A stretch of DNA of 64,000 bases from an uncultured candidate division Zixibacteria bacterium (GTDB lineage Bacteria; Zixibacteria; MSB-5A5; UBA10806): assembly GCA_963817915.1 (NCBI GenBank), contig CAWFQL010000003.1, forward strand, positions 104,129-168,128, in the 5' to 3' direction. The notes below the pieces were generated by a model that worked only from the letters and a program-made list of their open reading frames with translations, was not told the DNA's origin and did not search any database. Position 1 is the first letter of the stretch. Each line of letters begins with the position of its first letter. This document shows, in pieces, positions 52,176 through 63,984 of the stretch. The position numbers were made by a program, and so were the translations under genes.

Positions 52176-53057
52176 TTATCTCCGTTCCGCTATCGCGAAT
52201 GATATTATCTTATATGCCAGCCGAGCCGCCGCAAAATCAGGATAGTTCACGCCCGGTATCGGAGCCATTTCCACTATATCGGCTCCGACTATATTTTTCG
52301 ATTTGCCTAAGGTTTTAATTATTTCCAAAGTTTCATCCCAGAGAAGCCCCCCCGGTTCGGGTGTGCCTACAGCGGGCATCACCGAGGGATCAAATCCATC
52401 AAGATCGAAAGTAATATAAACATCGGATGATAGCATTGAAAGTATTTTCGAGATCGAGTTTGGATCTCTATGAAATTGAGACGCGGATATAATTCTGCCA
52501 TCGGCCAATGCCTTGTTTTCATTATCGGAACCGCAAAAGCTTCTGATACCAACAGAAACGAAATCGCAAATTTCTCCGATTCTCGACATCACCGCGGCGT
52601 GTGAAAATTTGGTGCCTTGATATTCGTCTCTCAAATCACTGTGAGCATCGATCTGTAAAACCGAAATTTTGGGATATTTTGATTTGTGGGCTTTGACCAG
52701 CGGGAATGAAATCGAATGCTCGCCGCCTAATGTCAGCAGGAATTTTTTATCATCGAGAATACCGGTCGCGGCGGATTCGATTTTTTCCATCATGGCATCG
52801 GGGCCGGATGCTTCCTGCTCCAGTTCACCAAGCGTGGCGATTCCTACAGAACAGGGATCCCCCTTGAAATCGAAATCGTATGTCTCCACCTGTCTTGATG
52901 CGGCGATGATTGCCTGCGGGCCAAGCCTTGTCCCGGCGCCATAGCTGACTGTTGCCTCGTAAGGAATCGGCAAGACGACGGCTTTGGCGTTGGCGTAATT
53001 CGATAATTTATCATCGAGCGCCAAAAAATTCCAGGGATAGAGGTGATTCGGTTTCAT
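52176..53057 (-). CDS. speB: Agmatinase
   Basis: GTRLGP, GGEHS, DAHSD, SHA, DLDGFDP, GTPEPGG, DIVE. Confidence 0.93.
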   Translation of the reverse strand: MKPNHLYPWNFLALDDKLSNYANAKAVVLPIPYEATVSYGAGTRLGPQAIIAASRQVETYDFDFKGDPCSVGIATLGELEQEASGPDAMMEKIESAATGILDDKKFLLTLGGEHSISFPLVKAHKSKYPKISVLQIDAHSDLRDEYQGTKFSHAAVMSRIGEICDFVSVGIRSFCGSDNENKALADGRIISASQFHRDPNSISKILSMLSSDVYITFDLDGFDPSVMPAVGTPEPGGLLWDETLEIIKTLGKSKNIVGADIVEMAPIPGVNYPDFAAARLAYKIISFAIAERR

Positions 53058-53060
53058 AGA

Positions 53061-53780
53061 TTAGCTGCAGACAAACCAGAGCCTGGATGCTGCCTCTATT
53101 TCCTCCCTCGTGTCATAAGAACTCACCATTATCTTCGTAAATCCGCTTTTCCGCAAGCCGTTTATAATATCGGAAGGGGGATAGCTTCGTTCAACGATTT
53201 TCTGAAATACCCGGTTATATTTTTGCCCGTCTTTGATAAACGCCTCTATAAAAATATCGGACATCATTTTTTCCTGATAATAATACCCATAATAAAATAA
53301 AGTGAATTTATCGGTTCTTTTAATATTGATCTCTTCCCATTCTTCCATGCCTGATGGTGTCACGAAATCGAAAATAAAAAACCCGCCGGTCTTTAGATGT
53401 CGTCGGGCGTTCCGAAATACTTGATTGAGATGAGAGAGCGAATTCATATGATTGGCAGAATCGAAAAGCAGCAATGCCATATCGAATTTTTTATTTATCC
53501 TGACCTTGGCGGCATCGCCATGAACAAATTTGTATTGCGGGCATTTCTTGCGCGCCACTTTTAGCATTGAAGATGAAATGTCGACACCAGTGAAAGCGAT
53601 CTTATTTTTTGAAAGCGATTTTTCGAGTTCGCCCGTACCACATGCAAGGTCGAGGATTGTCGAGGGCTTGACGCCTCTTAATTTGAAGAATGCATTTAGC
53701 CGTTCGGCAGAGCTTCGGGCAAATGAATTCCAGCCCAGCATGTCGTAATATCGGGCAAAATCGCCGTATAGATTTTTCAT
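53061..53780 (-). CDS. Class I SAM-dependent methyltransferase (small-molecule N-methyltransferase-like)
   Basis: Y..FA.YYD, LDLACGTG, GVDIS..ML, FDSANH, HLKTGGFFIFD. Confidence 0.88.
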   Translation of the reverse strand: MKNLYGDFARYYDMLGWNSFARSSAERLNAFFKLRGVKPSTILDLACGTGELEKSLSKNKIAFTGVDISSSMLKVARKKCPQYKFVHGDAAKVRINKKFDMALLLFDSANHMNSLSHLNQVFRNARRHLKTGGFFIFDFVTPSGMEEWEEINIKRTDKFTLFYYGYYYQEKMMSDIFIEAFIKDGQKYNRVFQKIVERSYPPSDIINGLRKSGFTKIMVSSYDTREEIEAASRLWFVCS

Positions 53781-53811
53781 TTCATGAAATGGCTATTTGG
53801 GGGTTGAAATT

Positions 53812-53844
53812 AAAGGGCTCTTTCGTCATCTGATTGAGCCCTTT
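53812..53844 (-). terminator. Hairpin after pdaD (weak terminator or mRNA stabiliser)
   Basis: 9-bp stem AAAGGGCTC/GAGCCCTTT with a large loop. Confidence 0.45.
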
Positions 53845-53864
53845 GGATTTTCCGATTCTATTCT

Positions 53865-54416
53865 TCAATCGGTAATAAGCACCGCGGCTGATACAACAGT
53901 AGTCCAGAGACCTCGTTTGTCGCCTGCGGCAGATTGAGTGATATTGGCAGTGCGGACAATCTTGCCGGAGATTTTCCAGAGTTCCTTTTTCTCATCGTAA
54001 GACTGGTCGATATCAAAGTCGATTCCCAGCGTGGTCGCAAGCATGGTGGCCGCAAGGTCTTCAGCGTAATCGCCCGAAATTTTTTCGTTCTGTCCAAAAG
54101 CCGCATGTTCGGAGAGATAGCCGTACTGTTTTCTGTCCTGAGGTATTGCCATTCCGACAGAAGCAGAAACCAGACGATTGGGCTCATCGGTGGAATTGCG
54201 GCATAGGACGCAAAACACTATTTGCCCGGGACTCAAATATTCAACCCCATGAGATCTCGAAATGATTTTGCAACTGGGCGGGACAATGCTTGAAACATGC
54301 ACCAAATTATATTGCGCTATCTGGGCGGAACGCAGCGCCAACTCAAAGCTCGATAGCTTTTCTTTGTGGCGGCCCACTCCCTTTGTCAAAAAAAGCCTTT
54401 TTGGTATTTCTGCCAT
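53865..54416 (-). CDS. pdaD: Pyruvoyl-dependent arginine decarboxylase
   Basis: FLTKGVG, SFELALR.A.I..YNLV.VSSI.PP self-cleavage site, [26 protein letters not shown]. Confidence 0.92.
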   Translation of the reverse strand: MAEIPKRLFLTKGVGRHKEKLSSFELALRSAQIAQYNLVHVSSIVPPSCKIISRSHGVEYLSPGQIVFCVLCRNSTDEPNRLVSASVGMAIPQDRKQYGYLSEHAAFGQNEKISGDYAEDLAATMLATTLGIDFDIDQSYDEKKELWKISGKIVRTANITQSAAGDKRGLWTTVVSAAVLITD

Positions 54417-54575
54417 CTTCCTCGTTCTCCTCAAATCAGAAACAAATAATTAATCCAGGCGCGAAAAAATAAGCAAAGTCAACCCAAAACTCAATAGGGA
54501 TATTACAATTTTTACACTTTTTTTTCAATTAATAATATCCTGCCTAGTTTTGCGAAACAGGCTTCGCGCCGTCGC

Positions 54576-54672
54576 GAGTCGTAGCGCCGACATGAAATGT
54601 CGGCGCGTGGCCTGGCCGCATGCTAAAAAGGTCGAGGCCAGGCCACGCCCGGCTGAAGCCGGGCTACGACTC
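54576..54672. repeat. REPIN-like element, family A variant
   Basis: Terminal IR GAGTCGTAGC/GCTACGACTC; hairpin CCGACATGAAATGTCGG shared with the 21422 and 59143 elements; inner IR GCGTGGCCTGGCC/GGCCAGGCCACGC. Confidence 0.8.
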
Positions 54673-54679
54673 AGCGAGG

Positions 54680-55489
54680 CTAAAACCCCAGATGGATGCC
54701 GAAAACAGTTTTTCCGTCTTTGTTGCGAATAGATTGATTATCAAATGGCCACCAACCGATATAGGTCACGAATGCCCCATGCTGGCCGTAGAATGTGCAA
54801 TTGAAATTCAATTGATGGCGCCGTTTAAGATGGTTTTCATTGTTAATCACCCAAAAATTATTCGATTCGATATCTATTCCCGTACTGCGATAGCGTGCAA
54901 TATTCCAGCGAAGATTGGTATCTAATGTGAAATTGTAGTCATGGGTTTTTTGGAATGATGCTCCTTTCGGCGCGAAAAATGACGCCAGGACGTAGTAATC
55001 GAATTTCCCGATATATTGAAAGCCGGTTTTTTCGGGTAGAGCGTGATGATATTTGTATTTCGGGAGGTAATTCAGATTGCCAAAACCGATCCTCGGGGAA
55101 TTCCAATAGATCGAACGATCCTCCCAGCGGTCAATGCTATGGAAGCAATCGTGATGGAATTGGAAGTCCCAGAAATGATTTTGCATTTCGATACGCCCCG
55201 AAAGCCCGAATGACCATCGGGCGCGAGTGGGATCGAATACCATATTGGAGCCGTATTTTCTGCCCATCGATGTTTCTTCGTATAAATCGGCGGTGAGGAA
55301 GAATTTTTTGTATCTGATAGTTTCGACACTGACATTGAGATCGGTATCGATGAAGTATTCAGCGTTCTGATCAAAATATATATAAGACGCGATATCGCCA
55401 TGCCCTGCAAACAGCAATTCGAAATTGCCTGCCCGCGCATTGTACCCAATAAGGGTAATCGATACTAATATCAGGGCTACTCTTCTCAT
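54680..55489 (-). CDS. Hypothetical secreted, probably outer-membrane protein
   Basis: Signal peptide, aromatic-rich alternating strands, C-terminal GIHLGF. Confidence 0.7.
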   Translation of the reverse strand: MRRVALILVSITLIGYNARAGNFELLFAGHGDIASYIYFDQNAEYFIDTDLNVSVETIRYKKFFLTADLYEETSMGRKYGSNMVFDPTRARWSFGLSGRIEMQNHFWDFQFHHDCFHSIDRWEDRSIYWNSPRIGFGNLNYLPKYKYHHALPEKTGFQYIGKFDYYVLASFFAPKGASFQKTHDYNFTLDTNLRWNIARYRSTGIDIESNNFWVINNENHLKRRHQLNFNCTFYGQHGAFVTYIGWWPFDNQSIRNKDGKTVFGIHLGF

Positions 55490-55578
55490 ATTGATCCCGC
55501 CTTATTTTTGCTGTTAATCATTGTCATCGTTATTCCGATTGATGCCAATCTAATTCCAAATTTGCGGTTTGGGAACAT

Positions 55579-55608
55579 AAAAAAACGCCGCCCGGATGAG
55601 CGGCGTTA
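55579..55608 (-). terminator. Terminator of the gmd-rmd-wbpA operon
   Basis: Minus strand AACGCCGCTC-atcc-GGGCGGCGTT followed by a T run. Confidence 0.8.
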
Positions 55609-55625
55609 ATAAGTCGTGCATTGAT

Positions 55626-56999
55626 TTATATTTTGAAGATCTTGCTCTTGCCATTGTGGATATTCTTGGTGGCATTGCGAGTATCGATTATAAGCTTGGA
55701 ATTATTCACTATCCATTGGTAGTTGAAATTGGAGTGATCGGTTATTATGGCGGCGCAATCGGCGTTTTTGAGAGTCTTTTCATTCATCGGAGACGCCTTG
55801 AGGTCGGGGCCATCATCCATTTTTATAACCGTGACGTAGGGATCGCAATATCTGACATTGGCGCCTTTTTCCTGCAAAACTCGGATTACATCCAGCGCCG
55901 GCGATTCGCGCAAATCCGAAATATCCCGTTTATAGGATACGCCGAGAATCAGAACATTGGCGCCGTTGATAGAAAGCTTACGGGTATTCAAGGCTTTGAC
56001 GATCAACTCGACCACATATTCCGGCATGTGGGAATTGATATCGCCGGCGAGCTCGATGAAACGGGCGTAGTAATTCAGCGATTTCAATTTCCATGAGAGG
56101 TAGTGAGGATCCAACGGTATGCAATGGCCGCCGACGCCCGGGCCGGGATAGAATGGCATAAAGCCAAACGGCTTGGAGGCGGCGGCATCGATGACCTCCC
56201 AGACGCTGATACCTAATTTTTCGCACATCAAGGCTACTTCATTGACAAGGCCGATATTTACCGAACGGAATGTATTTTCGAGAAGCTTGACCATTTCGGC
56301 AGTCTTGGTAGATGACACCGGAAGTATCTGTACTATTACTTGCTCATAAAAATATTGGGCAATTTTCAAGCAGGCAGGAGTTGTACCGCCGACGACCTTG
56401 GGTGTATTCTGGGTATTATATCGTGGGTTGCCCGGATCGACTCTCTCCGGCGAAAATGCCAGGAATAAGTCTTTGCCGACTGTCAAGCCTTTCGCTTCTA
56501 ATTTCGGCCTGATTAGCTCTTCAGTTGTACCGGGATAAGTAGTCGATTCCAGCACAACGAATTGCCCTTGATGAACATATCTTTCGATTTCGGCGGTCGC
56601 GGCCAGAATAAATGAAACATCAGGATCCTTTGTCTTATTGAGAGGTGTAGGAACACATATTATTACTACGTCGGCTTTTTTCAGGGCTGAAAATTCTGTA
56701 GAGCAATGAAGCTTTTTCAGATCGACCAATTCTTTCACTTCGTGATCTTTGATATCATCTATATCGGAATGGCCGGAATTGAGCGTTTTGACCTTTTTTT
56801 CATTAATATCGATACCTTCAATGCAGAATCCGACTCGTCCAAATTCCACGGCAAGCGGCAGGCCGACATACCCCATTCCGATAATTGCAATTAACGCACT
56901 ACGTTCTTTGATTTTTTTCTGAAGATGTTCGGCCCAGTCGGTTTTATTTCCTGTGACCGCCGCGCCGGTTGCTTTGGATTTTTTTGATTTTGCGGCCAT
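55626..56999 (-). CDS. wbpA: Nucleotide-sugar dehydrogenase (WbpA/WecC-type UDP-GlcNAc 6-dehydrogenase)
   Basis: GMGYVGLPLA, CVPTP, ESTTYPGTT, SPERVDPGN, KLLENTFR, GGHCIP.DP. Confidence 0.85.
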   Translation of the reverse strand: MAAKSKKSKATGAAVTGNKTDWAEHLQKKIKERSALIAIIGMGYVGLPLAVEFGRVGFCIEGIDINEKKVKTLNSGHSDIDDIKDHEVKELVDLKKLHCSTEFSALKKADVVIICVPTPLNKTKDPDVSFILAATAEIERYVHQGQFVVLESTTYPGTTEELIRPKLEAKGLTVGKDLFLAFSPERVDPGNPRYNTQNTPKVVGGTTPACLKIAQYFYEQVIVQILPVSSTKTAEMVKLLENTFRSVNIGLVNEVALMCEKLGISVWEVIDAAASKPFGFMPFYPGPGVGGHCIPLDPHYLSWKLKSLNYYARFIELAGDINSHMPEYVVELIVKALNTRKLSINGANVLILGVSYKRDISDLRESPALDVIRVLQEKGANVRYCDPYVTVIKMDDGPDLKASPMNEKTLKNADCAAIITDHSNFNYQWIVNNSKLIIDTRNATKNIHNGKSKIFKI

Positions 57000-57048
57000 T
57001 TATATCCCCCTCAGGAACTGATTAGATTCTGATTTATATATCGACATA

Positions 57049-58014
57049 TTATTTTACCTCCTCAAGCAATTTTTCACGCCATGAAGTGAAAGCGTCATGT
57101 AGCGTATCTTCTATCGCAATTTCGGGATGCCATCCGACATCGTTTTTGATCTTGGCATTGGAGCCGATCAGAATAGGAATATCCACTGGCCGTAATCTCG
57201 ATTGATCGACTGATATCTTTATTTCCTTATCGGTGAATTTTTTGTATTTCTCCAAAAGATCTCTCAGATAATATCCTTTTCCGGAGCAGACATTATAAGC
57301 TTCTCCGGGTCTGCCTTTTTCTATAATATCGAGATACGCCTTCGAGACATCGCGGACATCGGTGTAGTCGCGTTGGACATCGATATTGCCTACCTTAATA
57401 ACTTCTTGCGCGAGACCAAGGTCGATCTTAGCGGCCTGGAACGCCCAATCCGATAATACACCGACAGTCTTCTGCCCCGGCCCTGAATGAGAAAATGCTC
57501 TGGCGATATAGATTGGCATCGCATAAGCCTTGAAATATTGGTACGCCATCAGGTCCACCGAGGCCTTGGTGACCGCGTAGGGGTTAATCGGCCTGAGCGG
57601 ATGGTCCTCGGTCACGGGGCATTCAGATGCCTCCAGGCGTCCGTAGATTTCGGATGATGTCACTACCAGCGTCTTCAATGGGAAATCCATTTTGCTGATA
57701 GTTTCAAGCAGAATGAGCGTTCCGATCACATTTACGGAAAATGTCTCGAGCGGGCTTTCGAATGACAGCTTGACCGATGTCTGAGCCGCCAGATGAAATA
57801 GGATATCGGGCTTGAAATCATTAAGCGCCTTAGCGATGATAACCTCATCGCGCAGGTCGCCCTCGTAGATTTTTATACCCTTGAGGTGATCAGGCAAGAG
57901 TGAGTTGTCGGATTCGGCAACCTCAATACCCGCGACTTCATAGCCGCGATCCAAAAGGAGCCGCGAAAGATGCCCTCCGGAAAATCCCGCTATGCCTGTG
58001 ATTAGTGCTTTCAA
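57049..58014 (-). CDS. rmd: GDP-4-keto-6-deoxy-D-mannose reductase-like SDR
   Basis: ITGIAGF.G, HLAAQ, SSEIYG, PYAVTK, F.H.GPGQ, RDYTDVRDV, YNVCSG; directly after gmd. Confidence 0.75.
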   Translation of the reverse strand: MKALITGIAGFSGGHLSRLLLDRGYEVAGIEVAESDNSLLPDHLKGIKIYEGDLRDEVIIAKALNDFKPDILFHLAAQTSVKLSFESPLETFSVNVIGTLILLETISKMDFPLKTLVVTSSEIYGRLEASECPVTEDHPLRPINPYAVTKASVDLMAYQYFKAYAMPIYIARAFSHSGPGQKTVGVLSDWAFQAAKIDLGLAQEVIKVGNIDVQRDYTDVRDVSKAYLDIIEKGRPGEAYNVCSGKGYYLRDLLEKYKKFTDKEIKISVDQSRLRPVDIPILIGSNAKIKNDVGWHPEIAIEDTLHDAFTSWREKLLEEVK

Positions 58015-58066
58015 TGTTTATTGCCTTTAGTGCTAATTAAGAAAATATGGCTTTCTGTTGAATCTC

Positions 58067-59038
58067 TTAATGATTGTCGGCTGCGCTTTTCAGCCTCTTC
58101 ATATCTTCATCGACCATGATTTCGATCATCTGCTCGAATGTTGTCTTCGGCTCCCAGCCCAGGACTTTCTTAATATGCGATGAATCGCCTAAAAGAATAT
58201 CCACTTCCGCGGGGCGAACCAGCGCGGGATCGGTAACGACAAATTCCTTGTAATCGAGGTTGAGATGCCCGAATGCCGTCTCGCAAAGCTGGCGCACCGT
58301 ATGATTCCGTCCGCTCGATACGACATAATTATCGGGTTTTTCATGCTGGAGCATCATCCACATCGAACGGACATAATCAGGCGCATAACCCCAGTCACGT
58401 TTGGCATCGAGATTGCCCAGCGAAAGCTTTTTGGCCAGGCCGAGCTTGATGCGGGATGCGCCATCGGTGATCTTGCGAGTCACGAATTCCAGCCCGCGGC
58501 GGGGTGACTCATGATTGAATAATATGCCGGAGACGGCGAAGATGCCGTAGGACTCGCGATAATTGACCGTGATAAAATGCCCATAGACCTTGGCGACCCC
58601 ATAGGGGCTTCGCGGGTAAAATGGCGTTTTCTCGCTCTGCGGCACTTCAGCGACTTTGCCGAACATCTCTGATGACGATGCCTGGTAGAATTTGATCTTG
58701 CGATTGATCTGACGAATTGCCTCAAGCATCTTGGTTACTCCCAAGGCATCAAACTCGCCTGTAAGCAATGGTTGTTTCCAGGATGTCGGTACGAATGATT
58801 GAGCGGCCAGATTATAGACTTCATCCGGCTGGGCTTCCTCGATTAATCGTAAAATTGAAAGCTGGTCGAGCAGGTCGGCCTGTCTGAGCTCTAATCGTTC
58901 GCGAATATGGTTAATTCTTTCGAAATTTTCAGTGGAATTACGGCGAACCATTCCCCAGACCTCATACCCCTTAGAGAGCAGAAGGTCTGCTAAATATGAT
59001 CCATCCTGTCCTGTGATACCTGTTATTAATGCTTTCAT
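58067..59038 (-). CDS. gmd: GDP-mannose 4,6-dehydratase
   Basis: ITGITGQDGSYL, YQASSSE, PRSPYGVAK, FNHESPRRG, FVTRKI, RDWGYA. Confidence 0.96.
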   Translation of the reverse strand: MKALITGITGQDGSYLADLLLSKGYEVWGMVRRNSTENFERINHIRERLELRQADLLDQLSILRLIEEAQPDEVYNLAAQSFVPTSWKQPLLTGEFDALGVTKMLEAIRQINRKIKFYQASSSEMFGKVAEVPQSEKTPFYPRSPYGVAKVYGHFITVNYRESYGIFAVSGILFNHESPRRGLEFVTRKITDGASRIKLGLAKKLSLGNLDAKRDWGYAPDYVRSMWMMLQHEKPDNYVVSSGRNHTVRQLCETAFGHLNLDYKEFVVTDPALVRPAEVDILLGDSSHIKKVLGWEPKTTFEQMIEIMVDEDMKRLKSAADNH

Positions 59039-59142
59039 CTGATCCCTTTCATTAATGCGGGCAAAATATATCTCTAAATGTCAGGATGTCAATCGAATAT
59101 AATAAAGTGATACGATGAATCCGAAAATTTCGTCATGCAAGG

Positions 59143-59310
59143 TCGCAGCCCGTCGAAGGCCGGATTTTCATCGGGCCTTCGACGGGCGTGAACCTGGTCG
59201 TATTGCAATATACAATTACAGACTTTATGAAAATTTTCCATTTTCAGCATACAGTTGAAATGTTTCTAACATCAGTGTTCACGCCCCGACATTTCATGTC
59301 GGGACTGCGA
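59143..59310. repeat. REPIN-like element, family A copy 2
   Basis: 30 nt (59277-59306) identical to 21564-21593; same arm/hairpin layout; GCAG instead of GTAG at both ends. Confidence 0.8.
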
Positions 59311-59468
59311 ACTGGCCGAACCCTTCTATAAAGAGATACGATGAACTCTTCTCGAAATGTGGAAATTTTCGGGATTAGTCCATGTTCCGCCGCAAACGCC
59401 GCCACTGTAAGACCTTGAAATGTTTGAGGTTACAGGGAAGCCCAAAACAAAGATTTTTATAAATTTAC

Positions 59469-59497
59469 TTGATAATTATTTGCCATATTGGTATATT
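59469..59497 (+). promoter_or_regulatory. Sigma70 promoter of dciA-gyrB
   Basis: TTGATA-17 nt-TATATT with extended -10 TG. Confidence 0.6.
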
Positions 59498-59568
59498 ACT
59501 TTGCTGTAGGGCAATTTTTTAGAATTACCTCGAGGGTCTCTTTAGGTTTTTCTAAAAAGGAATTTTGA

Positions 59569-61810
<2,242 letters not shown>

Positions 61811-62196
61811 GCATCACAGCGATAGTTTCTCGAGTTTATAGATATTCGCGAGACAGAAAAGCATAGATAATTTTTGCAATATTGAAGACGAGGGTTTGAG
61901 CAGCAACAGGACTTGCCGAGAATAAATCAGAAAAAAATCTTGACATCAAGGAAATGACAATATATTAATAGCCCCGAAAATCTATGTTGATTTGAATGAA
62001 ACTGAATGAAAAATATCGAGTTGAACATCAAAGAAAAGGAGAAAGGACGAAAGACAGTTTTAGTATATCATTTTTAACCAGCATTTATCACGGAATGTAT
62101 TGACTAAGAGTACTGGAATAGGCAGGCGTGAGCAAACCGGGCTCGCACATGTCTGATTTTTTTTGAAGTGTAAACCGGAAAGAAAGGAAATTCAAA

Positions 62197-62799
62197 ATGT
62201 TCAAGCGCGTTTCAATTGTGTTGGCTGTGATCGCCCTTTTGTTGGTTGTTGGTTGCAGCAAACCGCCAGAGACCGAAATGCAGAATGCTAACAACGCCAT
62301 TACGGCTGCCAAGACAGCAGAGGCCGAGCAGTATGCTCCCGATGCTTACCGCATAGCCGCTGACACCCTTAACGCCGCCAATGCTGCAAAGACGGAACAA
62401 GATTCCAAGTTCGCTCTTTTCAGAAGCTACGGCAAGTCTAAGGATATGTATGTCGCAGCCCAGGCTCTCGCGGAGAAGGCTGTAACCGAGGCTCAGGCTG
62501 AGAAGGAAAAAGTCAGATTGGCAGTAATGGATATGCTGACCAAGGCCCAAGCTGATATAGATGCGGCAACCAAGGCTCTGGATAAAGCACCGCGCGGCAA
62601 AGGCAGCAAGGCCGATATCGAATTGATTAAGGCAGATCTGGCCGGTGTCAATACCGGTTACGCCGAAGCGAAGGCCGATTTTGACGCAGGTAAGTTCCTC
62701 GTTGCAAAAGGCAAGCTGGAAACAGTTATGGCAAAGGCACAGAGCATTATTACCGAAATCGATGCAGCAAAGGCCAAGAAGGCTGGCGTTAAGAAGTAG
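62197..62799 (+). CDS. Ala/Lys-rich helical lipoprotein (DUF4398-like)
   Basis: Lipobox VVGC; KPPE.E...A..A...A..AEAEQYAP pattern. Confidence 0.8.
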   Translation: MFKRVSIVLAVIALLLVVGCSKPPETEMQNANNAITAAKTAEAEQYAPDAYRIAADTLNAANAAKTEQDSKFALFRSYGKSKDMYVAAQALAEKAVTEAQAEKEKVRLAVMDMLTKAQADIDAATKALDKAPRGKGSKADIELIKADLAGVNTGYAEAKADFDAGKFLVAKGKLETVMAKAQSIITEIDAAKAKKAGVKK

Positions 62800-62825
62800 A
62801 TTTTCGGATTAAAGAAGTATTCTAT

Positions 62826-62857
62826 GGGAATGGGCCGAATTTATATCGGCCCTTCCC
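62826..62857 (+). terminator. Hairpin after the lipoprotein gene (no U tract)
   Basis: GGGAAtGGGCCGA...TCGGCCCTTCCC. Confidence 0.45.
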
Positions 62858-62900
62858 GGAAAATCCGAAATCATCATTGATAAATCATCTTAGTTCAATC

Positions 62901-63984
62901 TTGAAAACAATCAATACAATAAAATATATTGCCCTTGCGCTTGGCGGAGTTTCGTAATTATCGCGAGTTGCCAGGAACCGCCGATTTCATCGATGCATCG
63001 CGCTCGATTGGCATTGCAATTGGCCGAGGGAGCCGGCGCAATCAAATTTGCCGAGCCGCAATACAGGGAAGCGGAAAGCCTGCTTCAAAAGGGCAATCTG
63101 GAAATCGCCAGACAAAAAGGCCGCTCTGGCGCCATTCCGCAATTATCATAACGCCGATTCAATATTAAGTATCGCGTACGAGACCGCCAACAAAGCCGCG
63201 ATCGACGCCAAAGACAGATACATGGAATTGGACACGCAGGCTGAGAATGCCCGCGAAGGCTTAAAAAACGAACTCACTAATTATAGAGAAGCGCTCGATG
63301 GGGCATTAGCTAATTTCAACGCCGAACGATACTGGTCGACCGCCGATCTGGCTCTCAAAATGAGCCAGCAGCTGATTATCAAAGGCGAATTCGTAGCGGC
63401 CATAGAAGCTGTTCAAAGCGGCAGGGAATCATTAAGTAAACTAAGCCAGGTACTCAATGAATATGCTAATGACGAAGCGCAAAAAATAAGAATATGGCGC
63501 CGATGGGTGCAGGAGACAATCGATAATTCCAGGGCGAACGGCTCGCCGGCGATTATAGTAGATAAGTCAGCGCATAAATTGTATATAGTTCAAAGCGGCA
63601 AGGTTATCCGCAAAGTCGATTGCGAACTCGGATATAATTCCGGGCAAGCAAAAGTTTTTTTCGGGAGATGGCGCTACGCCGGAAGGCCAGTATATTGTCA
63701 CGAAAGACAAAACATAATGGAAGTAAGTTTTATAAAGCGTTCCTTATAAATTATCCCAATCAACTTGATAAAAAAAGATTCTCTGAGAATAAATCCAGAA
63801 GGGTATAATATCTCGATATGCTCGTATTGGAGCATTGATCGAAATTCATGGTAATGGCGGTCGGAATGACGATTGGACCGATGGTTGTGTAGCCGTAACA
63901 AACAACCAGATGGATAGTATAATGCAGTATGCTACGGTGGGCATGCCAGTGACCATTGTGCGAAGATCGGATATTTGGCCATGA
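62901..63984 (+). CDS. L,D-transpeptidase (YkuD) family lipoprotein with helical N-terminus; several apparent frameshifts; start approximate
   Basis: Read across frames: lipobox IIASC, IIVDKSAHKL, GDGATPEGQY, FYKAFLINYPN, catalytic IEIHG...WTDGCVAV, PVTIV, stop TGA at 63982-63984. Confidence 0.8.

Noticed and set aside
59385..59445. Cobalamin-riboswitch-like words CCGCCACTGTAA...GGGAAG upstream of dciA-gyrB
   Set aside because: The upstream GGGAA/GGTG-AA-TCC core is missing, the words form a simple hairpin upstream of the predicted promoter, and the downstream genes are unrelated to B12.
61995..62103. 35-codon leader ORF (MKLNEKYRV...) upstream of the lipoprotein gene
   Set aside because: No ribosome-binding site or regulatory codon run; cannot be supported.
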